64,000 nt of DNA from Octopus sinensis (Eukaryota), in assembly GCF_006345805.1 (NCBI RefSeq), contig NC_042997.1, positions 25,296,001 through 25,360,000 on the forward strand, read 5' to 3'. The translations under genes were made by a program, and so were the position numbers. The notes under the pieces were generated by a model, which saw only the letters and a list, made by a program, of their open reading frames with translations, ran no database searches and was not told the origin of the DNA. This document shows, piece by piece, positions 52,999 through 64,000 of the stretch (positions within the stretch are counted from its first letter, which is position 1; the number at the start of each line of letters is the position of its first letter).

Positions 52999-54527
52999 AT
53001 GTCGTCTAGCATGGAGCCTACCGTTGGAGCAGAAATACTTGTTTCTCCTGTTGAGAGGAGGAAATACATGTCCGGCGAGGAGCCAACTACAGACAAGGAA
53101 ATAGGGGTTTCCCCCGCTACAAGAAGGAATAGCAGAGAGGATAATATATTTGATATTTTTGGAGATGTGTCTGAGAGCTCGTCAGAACTTTCACCAGAAG
53201 AGTTTCCGACTTTGCCAGAGAACAAAGGCATTGTGTCGAAGAGAATAATTGATGTGCCTAGCATCCAGATAGAACCAAAAAATGGAAAAAAAGTTTTGCG
53301 TTGGCTGCTGGGGGTGGAACCCAGATACTGTCGACGAATAAAAGCGAAATTATGAAATACAGCAAAATGATGGAAATAAATGACAACAGTGTGAAAATTG
53401 AACCTCCGCAAAAGTTATTACAGGAAGAAAAGCAAAAAACAATAATTTTCAAAACATATTGTCTACAAAATAGAAAAATTGAAAGAATGTCAGAAGAGAA
53501 AATAGAAAAGTGCTTAAAGCCAATATTGGGCGACGTAGTATTTCTGAGAAGAGGAAAAAAATTCGGAACGGTGGAAGTAAGGTTCACCAATAAAGAAATA
53601 GCACACAAGAACTCAGTGGAAACGTTGAAAACGAACGACGTGGAGTTAATACCCTATTATATGGGGATGAGGACGTCGCGAATAAAAATTACAAGGGTCC
53701 CGCCAGAGGTCGAACCTATGTGGTTGTTGGCGGCAGTCCTAATCAAAGAGGTAGAAAAAATTACTCTCCTCCAGGCTACCGCTACGGAAAACCCACGCTG
53801 GGATGGTAAAACAATTAATCTTCTCATTCAAGCGGACCCTAAAATAATTCAAACAATTCCTGAGACAATTGAGGTAGGGGAGGAGAACCTCGTGGTGTTT
53901 GTTGAGGGCCGAAAACCTCGATGTTTTTTATGTGGTCAATTAGGCCACATTCGAAGGAACTGCAAGGAAAATGAAGAAGAGGAGGAAGAGGAGAAAAAAG
54001 ACAAAGAGGAAGAAGATAAAGAAGAAACAGATGAGAAAAAAACAACAAACAAAAGAAAAATACAACCAGCAACCCAGCCGAGAGCGGCGACTACTACAGA
54101 ACAACGACCAAAAAAGACTGCCAGAAGAGAAAAAGAAGAAAAAGGCATAATAGCCGTATACACTAAAGATACTGAGCTCATGAGAGACATTCAACTCATA
54201 AAGACTGTAAAAAAAATTGATAACCTTTCAGAGGAATTTATCAATTACGACATATATGAAGTCTCAAATAAGACTTATAGAATTCTACAAAATAAGTACA
54301 GAAAGACTGTATCTTCATTGAGATTAGATTTTAACAAGTCGATATTTCATGGATTACCAGCTCCGATCCCGCGAGAAAAGGAAAAGGTGGAGATTCCCCC
54401 TCCACCTGATAATTCTGTGTCGGTGGTGAGACGGGATTTTGACAAATCTATTTCCCAAGACCGTCCACCTCCGACCCTGGATAAAAAAAAGGTGGAGGGT
54501 CCCCCTCCACCGGACAATCCTAATTAA
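52999..54527 (+). CDS. LINE ORF1 (gag-like, zinc knuckle); probable frameshift near 53300-53355
   Basis: ORFs 52972-53355 and 53301-54527; CFLCGQLGHIRRNC (CX2CX4HX4C). Start codon uncertain. Confidence 0.8.
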
Positions 54528-54538
54528 ACAGGTAAGTG

Positions 54539-57500
54539 ATGGCTATTCACATTGGTTGTTTAAATGTTCATGTCCTGTTGTCAAGCTGGAAGCAAGGACG
54601 CTTTCTGAATGACATCAGGTCGAGAAATTTGGATGTAATTGTTGCAACGGAAACCCGGGTGAAGGGGCCAAGAGATCTGCTCCCCCTCCTGAACGGCTAC
54701 GAGAAATACGTTTCTCCGAGTCGGGCGGGAGGTGGGGGTGGGGTGTTGGTCCTACTAAAAAGAAACCGGGTAGCCGAGAAAAAGTTGGTTTTTTCTGACC
54801 CAGAAGGCAGGCTGGTCGTTCTCGACTTGACATTCAGTTGTGGCAAGACAATCAGGCTGGTCGCTATTTATGCACCAAACATTATTGGCCCGCAAACTGA
54901 ATATTTTCGTGGCCTAGGAAAGTTCCTAGCCACGTCGCATTCACTAGTAGTGTTAGGAGACTCTAATACAATATGTGCAGCACACACAGATTGTGTTGGC
55001 TCAAACTCGAACATGAACAGAAAATGTAACACAGGCTTTCGGGATCTGCTAAGTCAATTTCAGCTAGCAGATCCATATAGGTTGGAGCACCCGAACACTC
55101 CACAGTGGACGTGGTCAAATAGTGACGGGTCTACCAGAACATATCTAGATAGGATTTTAATTAGAGAAAAAGATAAGTCCATAGTTGAGTGTCCACAGTT
55201 TTTTCTAGTCAGCTACAGTGACCACAAGATGGTTACCTGTAAACTGACGGTAGATAAGTTGCATAGACAGGGATCTGGCTACTGGAAACTCAATACGTCC
55301 CTTTTGGCGATTGAGGAGTACAGAAAGCGGATCAAGATGTTAATACAGAGGGCATTAACAGGTACCATCATTAATAACAAATGGTGGTACGCCCTAAAAA
55401 GAGCCATCAAATATGAGTCTATTAGGTTTAGCATAAGTTTAGCTAAGAAGGGACGTAAAATAGGAGATGGTCTAGTTAAGGAACTAGAAGAAGCCTGGAG
55501 GACTGGTAATACAGACCAAGCGAGGGTGAAAAGACTGGAGTTAAACCAGCATCTTGAAGCCCACCACATGGGAAGTATTACCAGAGCTAAGTTACGTGCA
55601 ATGGGAAGTGAAGGAATCAAAGCCGCTGGATGGGCCCGAGTGGTGGAAGCTCGGCAAGGAAATAGTTCCTCTATTCGGTCTTTGACGAATCAAAATGGTG
55701 TCTTGATAAACGAACCCGAGAAAATGTGTGAGGTCTTTCGGGAGTACTTCGCCCAGCTGTTCGGGGGTGACGGCGGTCCTGGTGGTGGGAGAGCCCTCGA
55801 GGACTTTCTTACCGGGCTGCCGTGCCTCTCGGGGTCGGATGCGGAGTCTTGCGAAGGGCCAATCACACTTGAGGAGGTGATGGAGGCTTTGGCCGATTGT
55901 AAAGCGGGTAAGTCACCGGGACTTGATGGTCTTCCGTACGAGCTGTATAAATGTATGCCAGACTTGTTCGGGCAACTACTGACTGACGTGTACGCGAACT
56001 GGAAACAGAATGGGTTTATCCCCAGATCTGTGCGCCGGGGAGTAGTGACGTTGGTCAGAAAGGACCCGGACAAGGGGGACGTTCTAGAGAATTTCAGGCC
56101 CATCACTCTGTTAAACGCAGAAGTGAAGATTTTGGCCAAGGTTCTAGCAAAAAGGTTGGCGCGTGTCGCGAATGGTATAGTCGGGGAGGCACAGACATGT
56201 GCCATCCCAGGCAAACCATTCAGGATACCCTCCATCTTATTCGCTATACCATAGAGAGGTTTGGTAATAAATCTGGCAAAGGTGGGGCATTGGTGCATTT
56301 GGACCAGTCTAAAGCTTTTGATAGGGTTGACCATCGATACCTAGCGACTGTACTTGCGCGGTTTGGCCTGGGCCTTGGCTTCCTCGGGTGGTTTATCGCT
56401 TTGTACCACAACATTGACTCGATAGTTCGGGTGAACGGTTTCCTTTCGAAGCCGTTCTGCATCAGACGCTCGGTTCGTCAAGGATGTCCGCTTTCACCAC
56501 TTTTGTATGTGATGGCTCTCGAGCCATTACTGCAAAGGTTGAGTGGCATCCCGAGAGAACCAGGACTAGAGGAGTTTGTTACGGCTTTCGCGGATGATAT
56601 CACTATCAGTGTAACCACAGTGGTACGCCTACGTGAAGTAGGTAAGACTATTGAGGCTTACGAGGAGGTAGCAGGAGCAAAGATTAACCGGGAAAAGTCG
56701 GTCGGCTTGCAGCTCGGCACCTGGGTTGGCAAGTCGATGCCTTCAGACAGTGTTGTTAGGCGCTGGACGGAGGGACCGGTTAAGTTGCTGGGAGTCTGGT
56801 TTGGACCAGGCCTCCAGATAGAGAAGAACTGGACGGAGGTATTGAGCAGGGTGGCTGCAGTAGTCAAGACTTGGTCTTGGCGGTGGCTATCCCTGAAAGG
56901 GAGGGCGGAAGTGGCCAATGTGTTTATCGCATCGGTCATTACCTACCGCCTGACTGTCGTGCCCTGTCCGGATTCGTGGTTGATCAGGTTGGAGAGACAG
57001 CTCTTTCGCTTTTTGTGGAAGGGCAGGTCGCCACTTGTGAAACGCTCTGTCTGCTGTCAAAAGCCTTTAAATGGAGGTTTAGGGATGCCTTGGTTAATGA
57101 TGCGCAGACATGCGTTGAGGTTGAGGCACCTCTGATTCTCCTGGATAGTGAACGGGTGTGGTCTCCGCTGGCCAGACAAATGTTCCCTGAGTTCAAGAGT
57201 TTTTGCGAACAGGAAGCCTGGTGTTCTCGTAGACCGAGGTCGAGTGAGTGGCATAAAGAGTGCCGTAAGGCCCTCTTGCTGTTCCGGCGCTCGGGCAACG
57301 CCAGCGGTGGGGGTTCCACACGGATTTTATATAGTGGGTTGGTAGAGTCTGAATGCAACGATGGCCTGGGGTCGACTCTAGGTCTCGGATTTATTCAACT
57401 GGACAGCTTGTTTCATCGTACATTCGGGTTGAGAACGTTGGACAACTTCCAAAAGTCCTTAACCTGGCAATGCTACAGAGGTGCCTTGCCCGTTTGGGAT

Positions 57501-57938
57501 AAGCTCGCAAGACATGGTAAACGTCAGTCGCCGACCTGTCCAAGATGCGGTGGGGACAGGGAAACCGTCCCTCACGCTATTGTTCAGTGTCCGGAGATAA
57601 CTGAAATGTGGGCTTATGCTGAACATCTGTTGTCCGGCGAAGGAAGAGTACGGCTGTCGACTGAGTCAATTATAAAAATTGACCCACCGGGAGTTCTAAC
57701 GAACGAAGGTAAGAATTGTTTTCTCACGGTTGTAGCAATAGCAAAAGAGGCTGTATGGAATACTAGGATAAAAGGAATTAAGACAGGCAACTTTATCTCT
57801 GGTGACAATTTACGATCCTTTTTTTCTTTTCATTTGAAAAGGAAACTGTGGCTGGAGAAGAGGTGTCTGTCAGAGTGTACGTTCCAAAAGAGATGGAAGT
57901 ATGTTGCACGAGTGTTGTGCGTGCAAGGAACCGTGTGA
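54539..57938 (+). pseudogene. LINE ORF2 (APE endonuclease, reverse transcriptase, Zn finger) with two frameshifts (~56210, ~57130)
   Basis: CLNV, TETR, YAPN, LGDSN, YLDRIL, SDHK, YWKLN; KSPGLDGL, FRPITLLN, DQSKAFDRVDH, RQGCPLSPLLY, AFADD; CPRC..ETVPHAIVQC. Confidence 0.93.
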
Positions 57939-58183
57939 ATAGACGAGGAAAAAAAAAAAGGAAAAATAAAAAGGTATCAGCGGTAGATCGGGGCTTGTGG
58001 GATCGGAGCGTAACTTGATCATCGCTTCATTTGTATTGTTTTTGTACTGTGTATTCCATTCGATTTTTATGTATTGTATTTTATTTTTGATGTCACATTT
58101 ATGTAAAATCATATCGATTCACTGATCCCATCAGTTGTACTGTCCATATCTATGTTTGGCCCCCGGTGGGCAATAAAGAAATT

Positions 58184-58368
58184 CGTATTTCGTCTGCCGT
58201 TACGTTCTGAGTTCAAATTCCGCCGAGGTCGACTTTGCCTTTCATCCTTTTGGGGTCGAGTAAATAAGTACCAGTTACGCACTGGGGTCGATATAATCGA
58301 CTTAATCCGTTTGTATATTCTTGTTTGTCCTCTTTGTGTTTAGCCCCTTCTGGGCAATAAAGAAATAA
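58184..58368 (+). mobile_element. 3' part of the interrupted SINE family A copy
   Basis: Resumes at the TSD and continues through TTACGTTCTGAGTTCAAATTCC to the tail. Confidence 0.92.
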
Positions 58369-59359
58369 GAAACATATTTTGGGTGCTGTGTCCTAAACAG
58401 CCCTTAATCTAGAATATATTTCGGTGACCTCTCGTTCAACCGCTTACCATTGTCTTATCGTAATTACTCACTACTAAAGCAACTAATATCAGTTCTACTA
58501 CAATTATTACAACTATTGATGGCAATGATGATGACAATTACTAATTACTGAACCGATTATGACGTTGATAATGGTTGTTATGATGACAATGGTGATGGTG
58601 GTGGCATTGATGCTACTGATGTTGATGATGATGTTCATGATGATGATGAGCATGATGACGCGAGAGAAATTAAAAGATGACTCAATAGATCCGACTACAT
58701 AACAGGTAATTGTTTAATTATAATTAAACAATTACCTTTCATCGTTGTCAGATTGATAATTATCAATTTGGCATCGATGAAAAGCTGAGTTGACCCCGGT
58801 GGAATTGAACTCAAAGTGTACAGAAACGGATGTAAATATCGTGAAGTATTACATCCGGTGCACCACAATTCCTGTTAAACTACCATAAATAATCGCCCTC
58901 GTATTTACTAATGATACTTTCCTTATTACACAACTGAGATCTAACCCAGAGACAAGGCCACACAGGATTCGTAAACCATTTAATTGCTACAAGTAATTAA
59001 CTTGCATTTATTTTATAGGCTGCAGAAGAATATAAAATTGTTCTCGATAGAATTTAAATCCAAAAGAATGTAAGTATAAATTTTTATGATAATCGATCCA
59101 GTGCTGAACATCGTTAGCATCATCAGCAGCAACGGTATTAGAAATATTTGTCTCAAAATTAGACAAAAGGCCAGCAGCTTTGAGAGACGAGGCTAATCGA
59201 TTGCACTGATCCAAGTACTTAAATACCGATCCAAGTAGAAATTTTATAGACCCCCGGAATGATTAAAGTAAAATTTGATTTCCGTAGCATAGGAACTTAG
59301 ACTGTAAAATGCCAATTTCCCCGACGATCAAGCGATTCTGCTCTCTGATAATAATTTTT

Positions 59360-59788
59360 ATCTGCTATAGGCACAAAGCGTGAAATTTGGTGAGAGGGGT
59401 AAGTCAATCACATCAACTCCAGTGCTTAACTGGCACTTATTTTATCGACCTCAAAAGGCTGAAGAACAAATTTGACTCCGTCGGGATTTCAACTCAGAAT
59501 GTTGAAGACGGACAAAATGCTACCATACACTTTGTCCTGCAGACAGACGCTGCTGCCAGCTCAACAACCTTCATAATAGTAATCCTTTCCGCTATAGGCC
59601 TGAAATCGGGATGAAGGGGACTAGTCGATTACATCTACCCCAGTGTTTCACTGGTACTAAATTTATGAACCTCGAAAGGATGAAAGGTAAAGTCGACCGC
59701 GGCCGATTTTGAAATCAGATCGTGCAGATGGACGAAGTACCGATAAGCATTTTGCCCGGCGTGTGAACGATTCTGCAAGTTCACAGCC

Positions 59789-59790
<2 letters not shown>
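59360..59790 (-). mobile_element. Two diverged SINE family A copies
   Basis: GAAAGGATGAAAGGTAAAGTCGACC core and a more decayed copy upstream. Confidence 0.7.
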
Positions 59791-59852
<62 letters not shown>

Positions 59853-59877
59853 TAATAATAATAATAATGATAATAAT

Positions 59878-60202
59878 AACGTGTCTCTAAAAGAAATGGA
59901 GATATACAAAGACCTGGTAGCTAGAATGTGGAATCTAAAAACAGAAACAATTCCTATCATAGTAGGTGCATTAGGTATGATAAAAAATATACAGATAAAT
60001 ACATAACAAAAACACTAGGACTTACAAACACATATAACATACATAAAATTGCACTACTAGGCACTGCACACATCCTACGCAGAACACTTTCAATACAGTA
60101 ACCATCAGAGCATTACAACAAATCACAGCACATACCCAAGGCACAAAGAGCTGCGCTCGGTAGTGAAGCGAAAGCACGCTATAAAAATAAATCTACTGAA
60201 TG

Positions 60203-60203
<1 letters not shown>
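59878..60203 (+). mobile_element. R4/Dong-like 3' end between (TAA)n tracts
   Basis: SLKEME..YKDL..RMWNLKTETIPIIVGALGMIKK..KIALLGTAHILRRTLSIQ*; nucleotide match to the reverse complement of positions 1-75. Confidence 0.88.
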
Positions 60204-60234
<31 letters not shown>

Positions 60235-60706
60235 CTTTTCAACTCTAGGCACAAGGCCCGAAATTTTGTGGGAGGGGCCGATCGATTAGAAGAAGCAGTC
60301 AAAACGCGAAAAGAAGCAGTCAAAAGGAAGGCTTCTTCTAGCGTGTAAAAAAAAAATACCTGTTAAAGGTAGTTTTCTCTTGTGTTTAGATATAAGCTAT
60401 TTTATATTGAGAATATGTTGTCTATTGACTTTTTATACATGCTAGGCCACCGGTAGTGAAATTTCTAAGAATATTCGCTATCCTATACATATATATATAT
60501 ATATATACGTAATTGTCGAACGATGGAAATGAGTGCTCCACACCGCATTGGTGGAAATAATTTCTTTATTTGTGAATTAAGGCTACCATTGTTTTCACCT
60601 TAAGAAACGTAGGTATTTATCCTAGTGCCTTAATTTTTAAAGACGATTACATAGAGAAATTACATATATATATATATATATAATATATAACATATATATA
60701 TATAGT

Positions 60707-61015
60707 CCCTCCTCTTCTCCTCTTTCCTTCTCCCCTCCCCCCTCCCCCTCCCCCTCCCCCTCCCCCTCCCCCTCCCCTCCCCCTCCCCTCATCTCATCTC
60801 CCCCTCCACCCTCCACCCTCATCTCATCTCCCCCTCCCTCCCCCTCCACCCTCATCTCATCTCATCTCACCCTCACCACCCCTTCCTTCTTCCTTCTCCT
60901 TCTCCCCCTCTCGTCCTCCTCACTCCCACCTTTCCCCTTCTCCCTCCTCTTCTCCTCTTTCTTTTTTCCCTTCCTCTTCTCCTCCTCTTCCTTTCCCCTC
61001 TTCCTCTCTCCCCTA
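60707..61015. repeat. Polypyrimidine (CT-rich) low-complexity tract
   Basis: Direct reading; G-runs on the minus strand. Confidence 0.9.
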
Positions 61016-61019
61016 ATTT

Positions 61020-61280
61020 CGCTCTTGCGTCTCACGTTTGATCTTTGACTTCTGGCCGAAATCAGATCGCCATGTTGATTCGCTAGCCTCTGCACGCATT
61101 TTTTCTCTCTCCTTGTTTCTTTCTGTGTTTCTTTTCTGTGTATCTTTCTGTTGAAGAGCGTAGGCTCGAAACGTAAAAGACTTGTTTTATTTATATTCCT
61201 GAGCGCCATACTAATACAATTGTTTGTTTGTATTCCACCTGCCTTCGTCTTTTGTTTATTTTCATAAAGCTTCCCGTTAT
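61020..61280 (+). mobile_element. Dispersed repeat, probable PLE pLTR with degenerate hammerhead-like motif
   Basis: TTGAAGAGCGTAGGCTCGAAACGT at ~61151-61174; homolog at 14090-14275. Confidence 0.5.
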
Positions 61281-61286
61281 ATATAT

Positions 61287-61318
<32 letters not shown>

Positions 61319-62604
61319 CGAGGGGCGTTCAATAATTAATGCCCCTGACCCACTTCCCTTGGGAGTAGAGCAACGAACTTGGCACAGTTTATTAGGCTTT
61401 TTCTACATAAGAACGACCTAGAGTTACGCATTTCTCCCATTGTTTGATGCAGCTCTGGAGACCGTTTTTGTAGAAGACCCCAGCTTGGTCCTCCAACCTG
61501 AACGTGACTTCAGAAATCAAGGCTGCATCATCTGGAACACGCTTTCCTTTCAAAAACAACTTCATGACTGGGAAGAGGTGAAAATCAAAGGGTGCAAGGT
61601 CAGGAAAGTAGGGGGATGGAGGAGGAGTTCATAGCCATACGCCTGTGCTTCTGATCTGGCGACAAGCGAGTTGTGGACCGGAGCGTTGTCCTGCAGGAGG
61701 GGGATGCCTTTGCTGATCTTGCCCCGCCTCTTGATTTTGATAACTTCTCTTAATTTCCTCAAAAGTGAAGCATAATAGGCTCCTGCAATTGTGGTACCCT
61801 TTGCCAAGAAATCTGTCATCACTACTCCGTCCTGGTCCCAGAAGACTGTGAGCATGACCTTGCCAGCGGAGGGCTGCACCCTTACCTTCTTTGGAGGGGG
61901 TGAGTCACGGTGCTTCACTGCATTGACTGGGCTTGGTCTCTGGATCATCGTGATGGACCCAGGTTTCATCCTGTGCAATCAGTCTTTTGAAAAATTTTGA
62001 CTCATCTTCTTGGCACATCTCCAAATTCACCCTCGAGCACTCGACGCGTTCTTGCTTCTGGAAAGACGTGAGCAACCTGGGAATCCATCTGGCAGACACC
62101 TTTTGCATATGCAAATGGTCATGAATGATAGTTTCCACAGACCCGGTACTAATCTTGACTCATGGGCTATTTGGCGAATAATTATGCGTCGATCTTCCAA
62201 AATTGCAGCCTCAACTTGACGGACAGATGCCTCATCAATGGCAGAAGGGGCGACAGTTCTGGGAGCTGTTTCCACAGAGTTCCGACCATGTTTGAATTCA
62301 CGATGCCAGCGTTTTACAAGGTCATATGATGGGGCATCATCACCATAAGTTACTTTCATTTCATCAAAAGTCTCCCGTGGTGTGCGTCCTTTCAAATACA
62401 AAAACCGGATCACTGCTCGACACTCAACAGGCTCCATTTCACACTTGACTCAGTTCAAACACCTGTAAATCAGAAACCACAATTAATTCAGAGCTGTAAT
62501 TTGCCACTTACTCTATAGAGATATAAATGATTGCACATGCAAAATTTCAGCTAGATCAAACAAATGCAAGTGGGTCAGAGGCATTACTTATTGAACGTCC
62601 CTCG
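61319..62604 (-). mobile_element. Full-length mariner (Tc1/mariner) transposon with frameshifted transposase
   Basis: TIRs CGAGGGGCGTTCAATAA..AATGCC.CTGACCCACTT at both ends, TA flanks, 1286 bp. Motifs RAVIRFL, WIPRLL, DETW, KVMLTVFWD, QDNAP, PYFPDLAPFDFHLF. Confidence 0.95.
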
Positions 62605-62901
62605 TATATATATATGAGTGTGTGTTTGTGTATCTATATATGCATTGATACCTGAATGAATGGGTGAATTTATGTATAGATCAACAAATCGATGGACAAA
62701 AAGGGAGATGGAAAGAGACACTGTTGATTGGATCTCAAGATAAAAGGGTGTGTGCGGCTCATTTTCTTCTACTGACCCTCCGTACTGAAAGGAATGAGAC
62801 AGGAAGATATCTTGAAACCCAATGGCCGGTCTGAATTCTTGCAGCAGAAGGAAATTCTGCAAAAGCCAATCAAAGCATCAGATAGTGGTGCTAAACTTAA
62901 A

Positions 62902-63018
62902 GGTGGCGAGCTGGCAGAATCGTTAGCACGCCGGGCGAAATGCTTATCGGTATTTCGTCTGCCGCTACGTTCTGAGTTCAAATTCCGCCGAGGTCGACTT
63001 TGCCTTTCATCCTTTCGG
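62902..63018 (+). mobile_element. SINE family A, 5' half
   Basis: Head and start of core. Confidence 0.85.
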
Positions 63019-63499
63019 ATGACGTATTTACACCTAGGAAGCAATCAGGCGGACATTTACTGCAAGGTATTGGTTCCAACGTTCTTACAATTTAGCTGGT
63101 CTATTGCCTTCGACTTGACGACCATTTTTAAAGCCCCGAAAGAATGAAAGTGGAAAGTCGAACAAGATAGAATTTGAACTCAGAAACGCAAGTAGATTGA
63201 GCAAACGTCGTGAGTCAGTCTTAGGAAACACTCCCGACTCTCTCAATTCGGGTACGTAGGATTGATGTATTGATTTATGGATGGATGGATGGATGGATGG
63301 ATGGCATGATCACTGTATGTATAAATGTATGCATCAATGTGCACACATGGATGAATGAATGGATAGATGAATAGACAGATGTACGGGTGGCTGAATAAAT
63401 AGATTATACAGAGAGGAATGTTAGACTGTATCAACGAATGAATGTATAACCTGTGAATTCTATTAGTCTTTGAATGGGTGGAGGCAGGAATAAATGATG

Positions 63500-63645
63500 T
63501 GTATGTATGTATGCATGCTTGTGTGCATGTATGTATGAATGTATGTATGTATGTATGTATGTATGTATGTATGTATGTATGTATGTATGTATGTATGTAT
63601 GTATGTATGTATGTATGTATGTATGTATGTATGTATGTACGTATG
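63500..63645. repeat. (TATG)n microsatellite
   Basis: Direct reading. Confidence 0.95.
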
Positions 63646-63964
63646 AGATGAATATATGAATTGACGGATTGAATGTTACATTAGTAGATAGATGGATATA
63701 GTAATGGACGGATGGATGATAAACGGATGACTAGATTAATGGGTACATTGATGGATGCATGGAGGGATGGGTAGAAGGAATGGGGTTACCATTCTTATTA
63801 CCAATAAGCCTCCGACTTATTGGTAATATGAAGCATAATTCTGCCAATATTATCTAATAATTTAAATATAGTTCTATCACCAAATGAAAACATTGGCAGC
63901 CACAATCACCAGTACACCGGAAGTAAATCCATAAGGCGTTTCCTCCGATACTTTGTCAACAAGT

Positions 63965-63999
<35 letters not shown>

Positions 64000-64000
64000 T

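Larger units (their letters stand above)
52835..58183 (+). mobile_element. Near full-length Tx1/L1-clade LINE with 16-bp TSD
   Basis: TSD CGTATTTCGTCTGCCG (52819-52834, 58184-58199); ORF1 with CCHC knuckle; ORF2 with APE, RT and C-terminal Zn finger. Confidence 0.95.

Noticed and set aside
55279-57808. Minus-strand ORFs over the LINE ORF2
   Set aside because: Antisense shadows of the RT/APE coding frame, with no motifs.

Overview
AT-rich, microsatellite-dense eukaryotic DNA, almost entirely transposable elements and simple repeats. The repeat landscape looks like a cephalopod (Octopus-type) genome; this is inferred, not shown. Most ORFs in the track are translations of (TA)n/(CA)n/(TAA)n repeats. 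Real content: (1) a near full-length Tx1/L1-clade LINE (52835-58183) with a 16-bp TSD, inserted inside a SINE that shares its 3' tail; (2) a ~5.3-kb decayed Penelope-like element with pseudo-LTRs, several Penelope-type LTR remnants with hammerhead motifs (one intact-looking type I hammerhead at 13501-13548) and a GIY-YIG fragment; (3) many R4/Dong-like RT/RLE fragments next to (TAA)n tracts; (4) one TIR-bounded mariner plus fragments; (5) two non-autonomous Helitrons and a Helitron Rep N-terminal remnant; (6) MITEs, at least four tRNA-derived SINE families, a CR1-group 3' fragment and a 100-N gap. No host gene is confidently identified, but a few phase-compatible candidate exons on + suggest the window may be intronic. 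Top lead: a LINE/SINE pair that appears to target the SINE's own head and build tandem SINE arrays. All alignments were done by eye.
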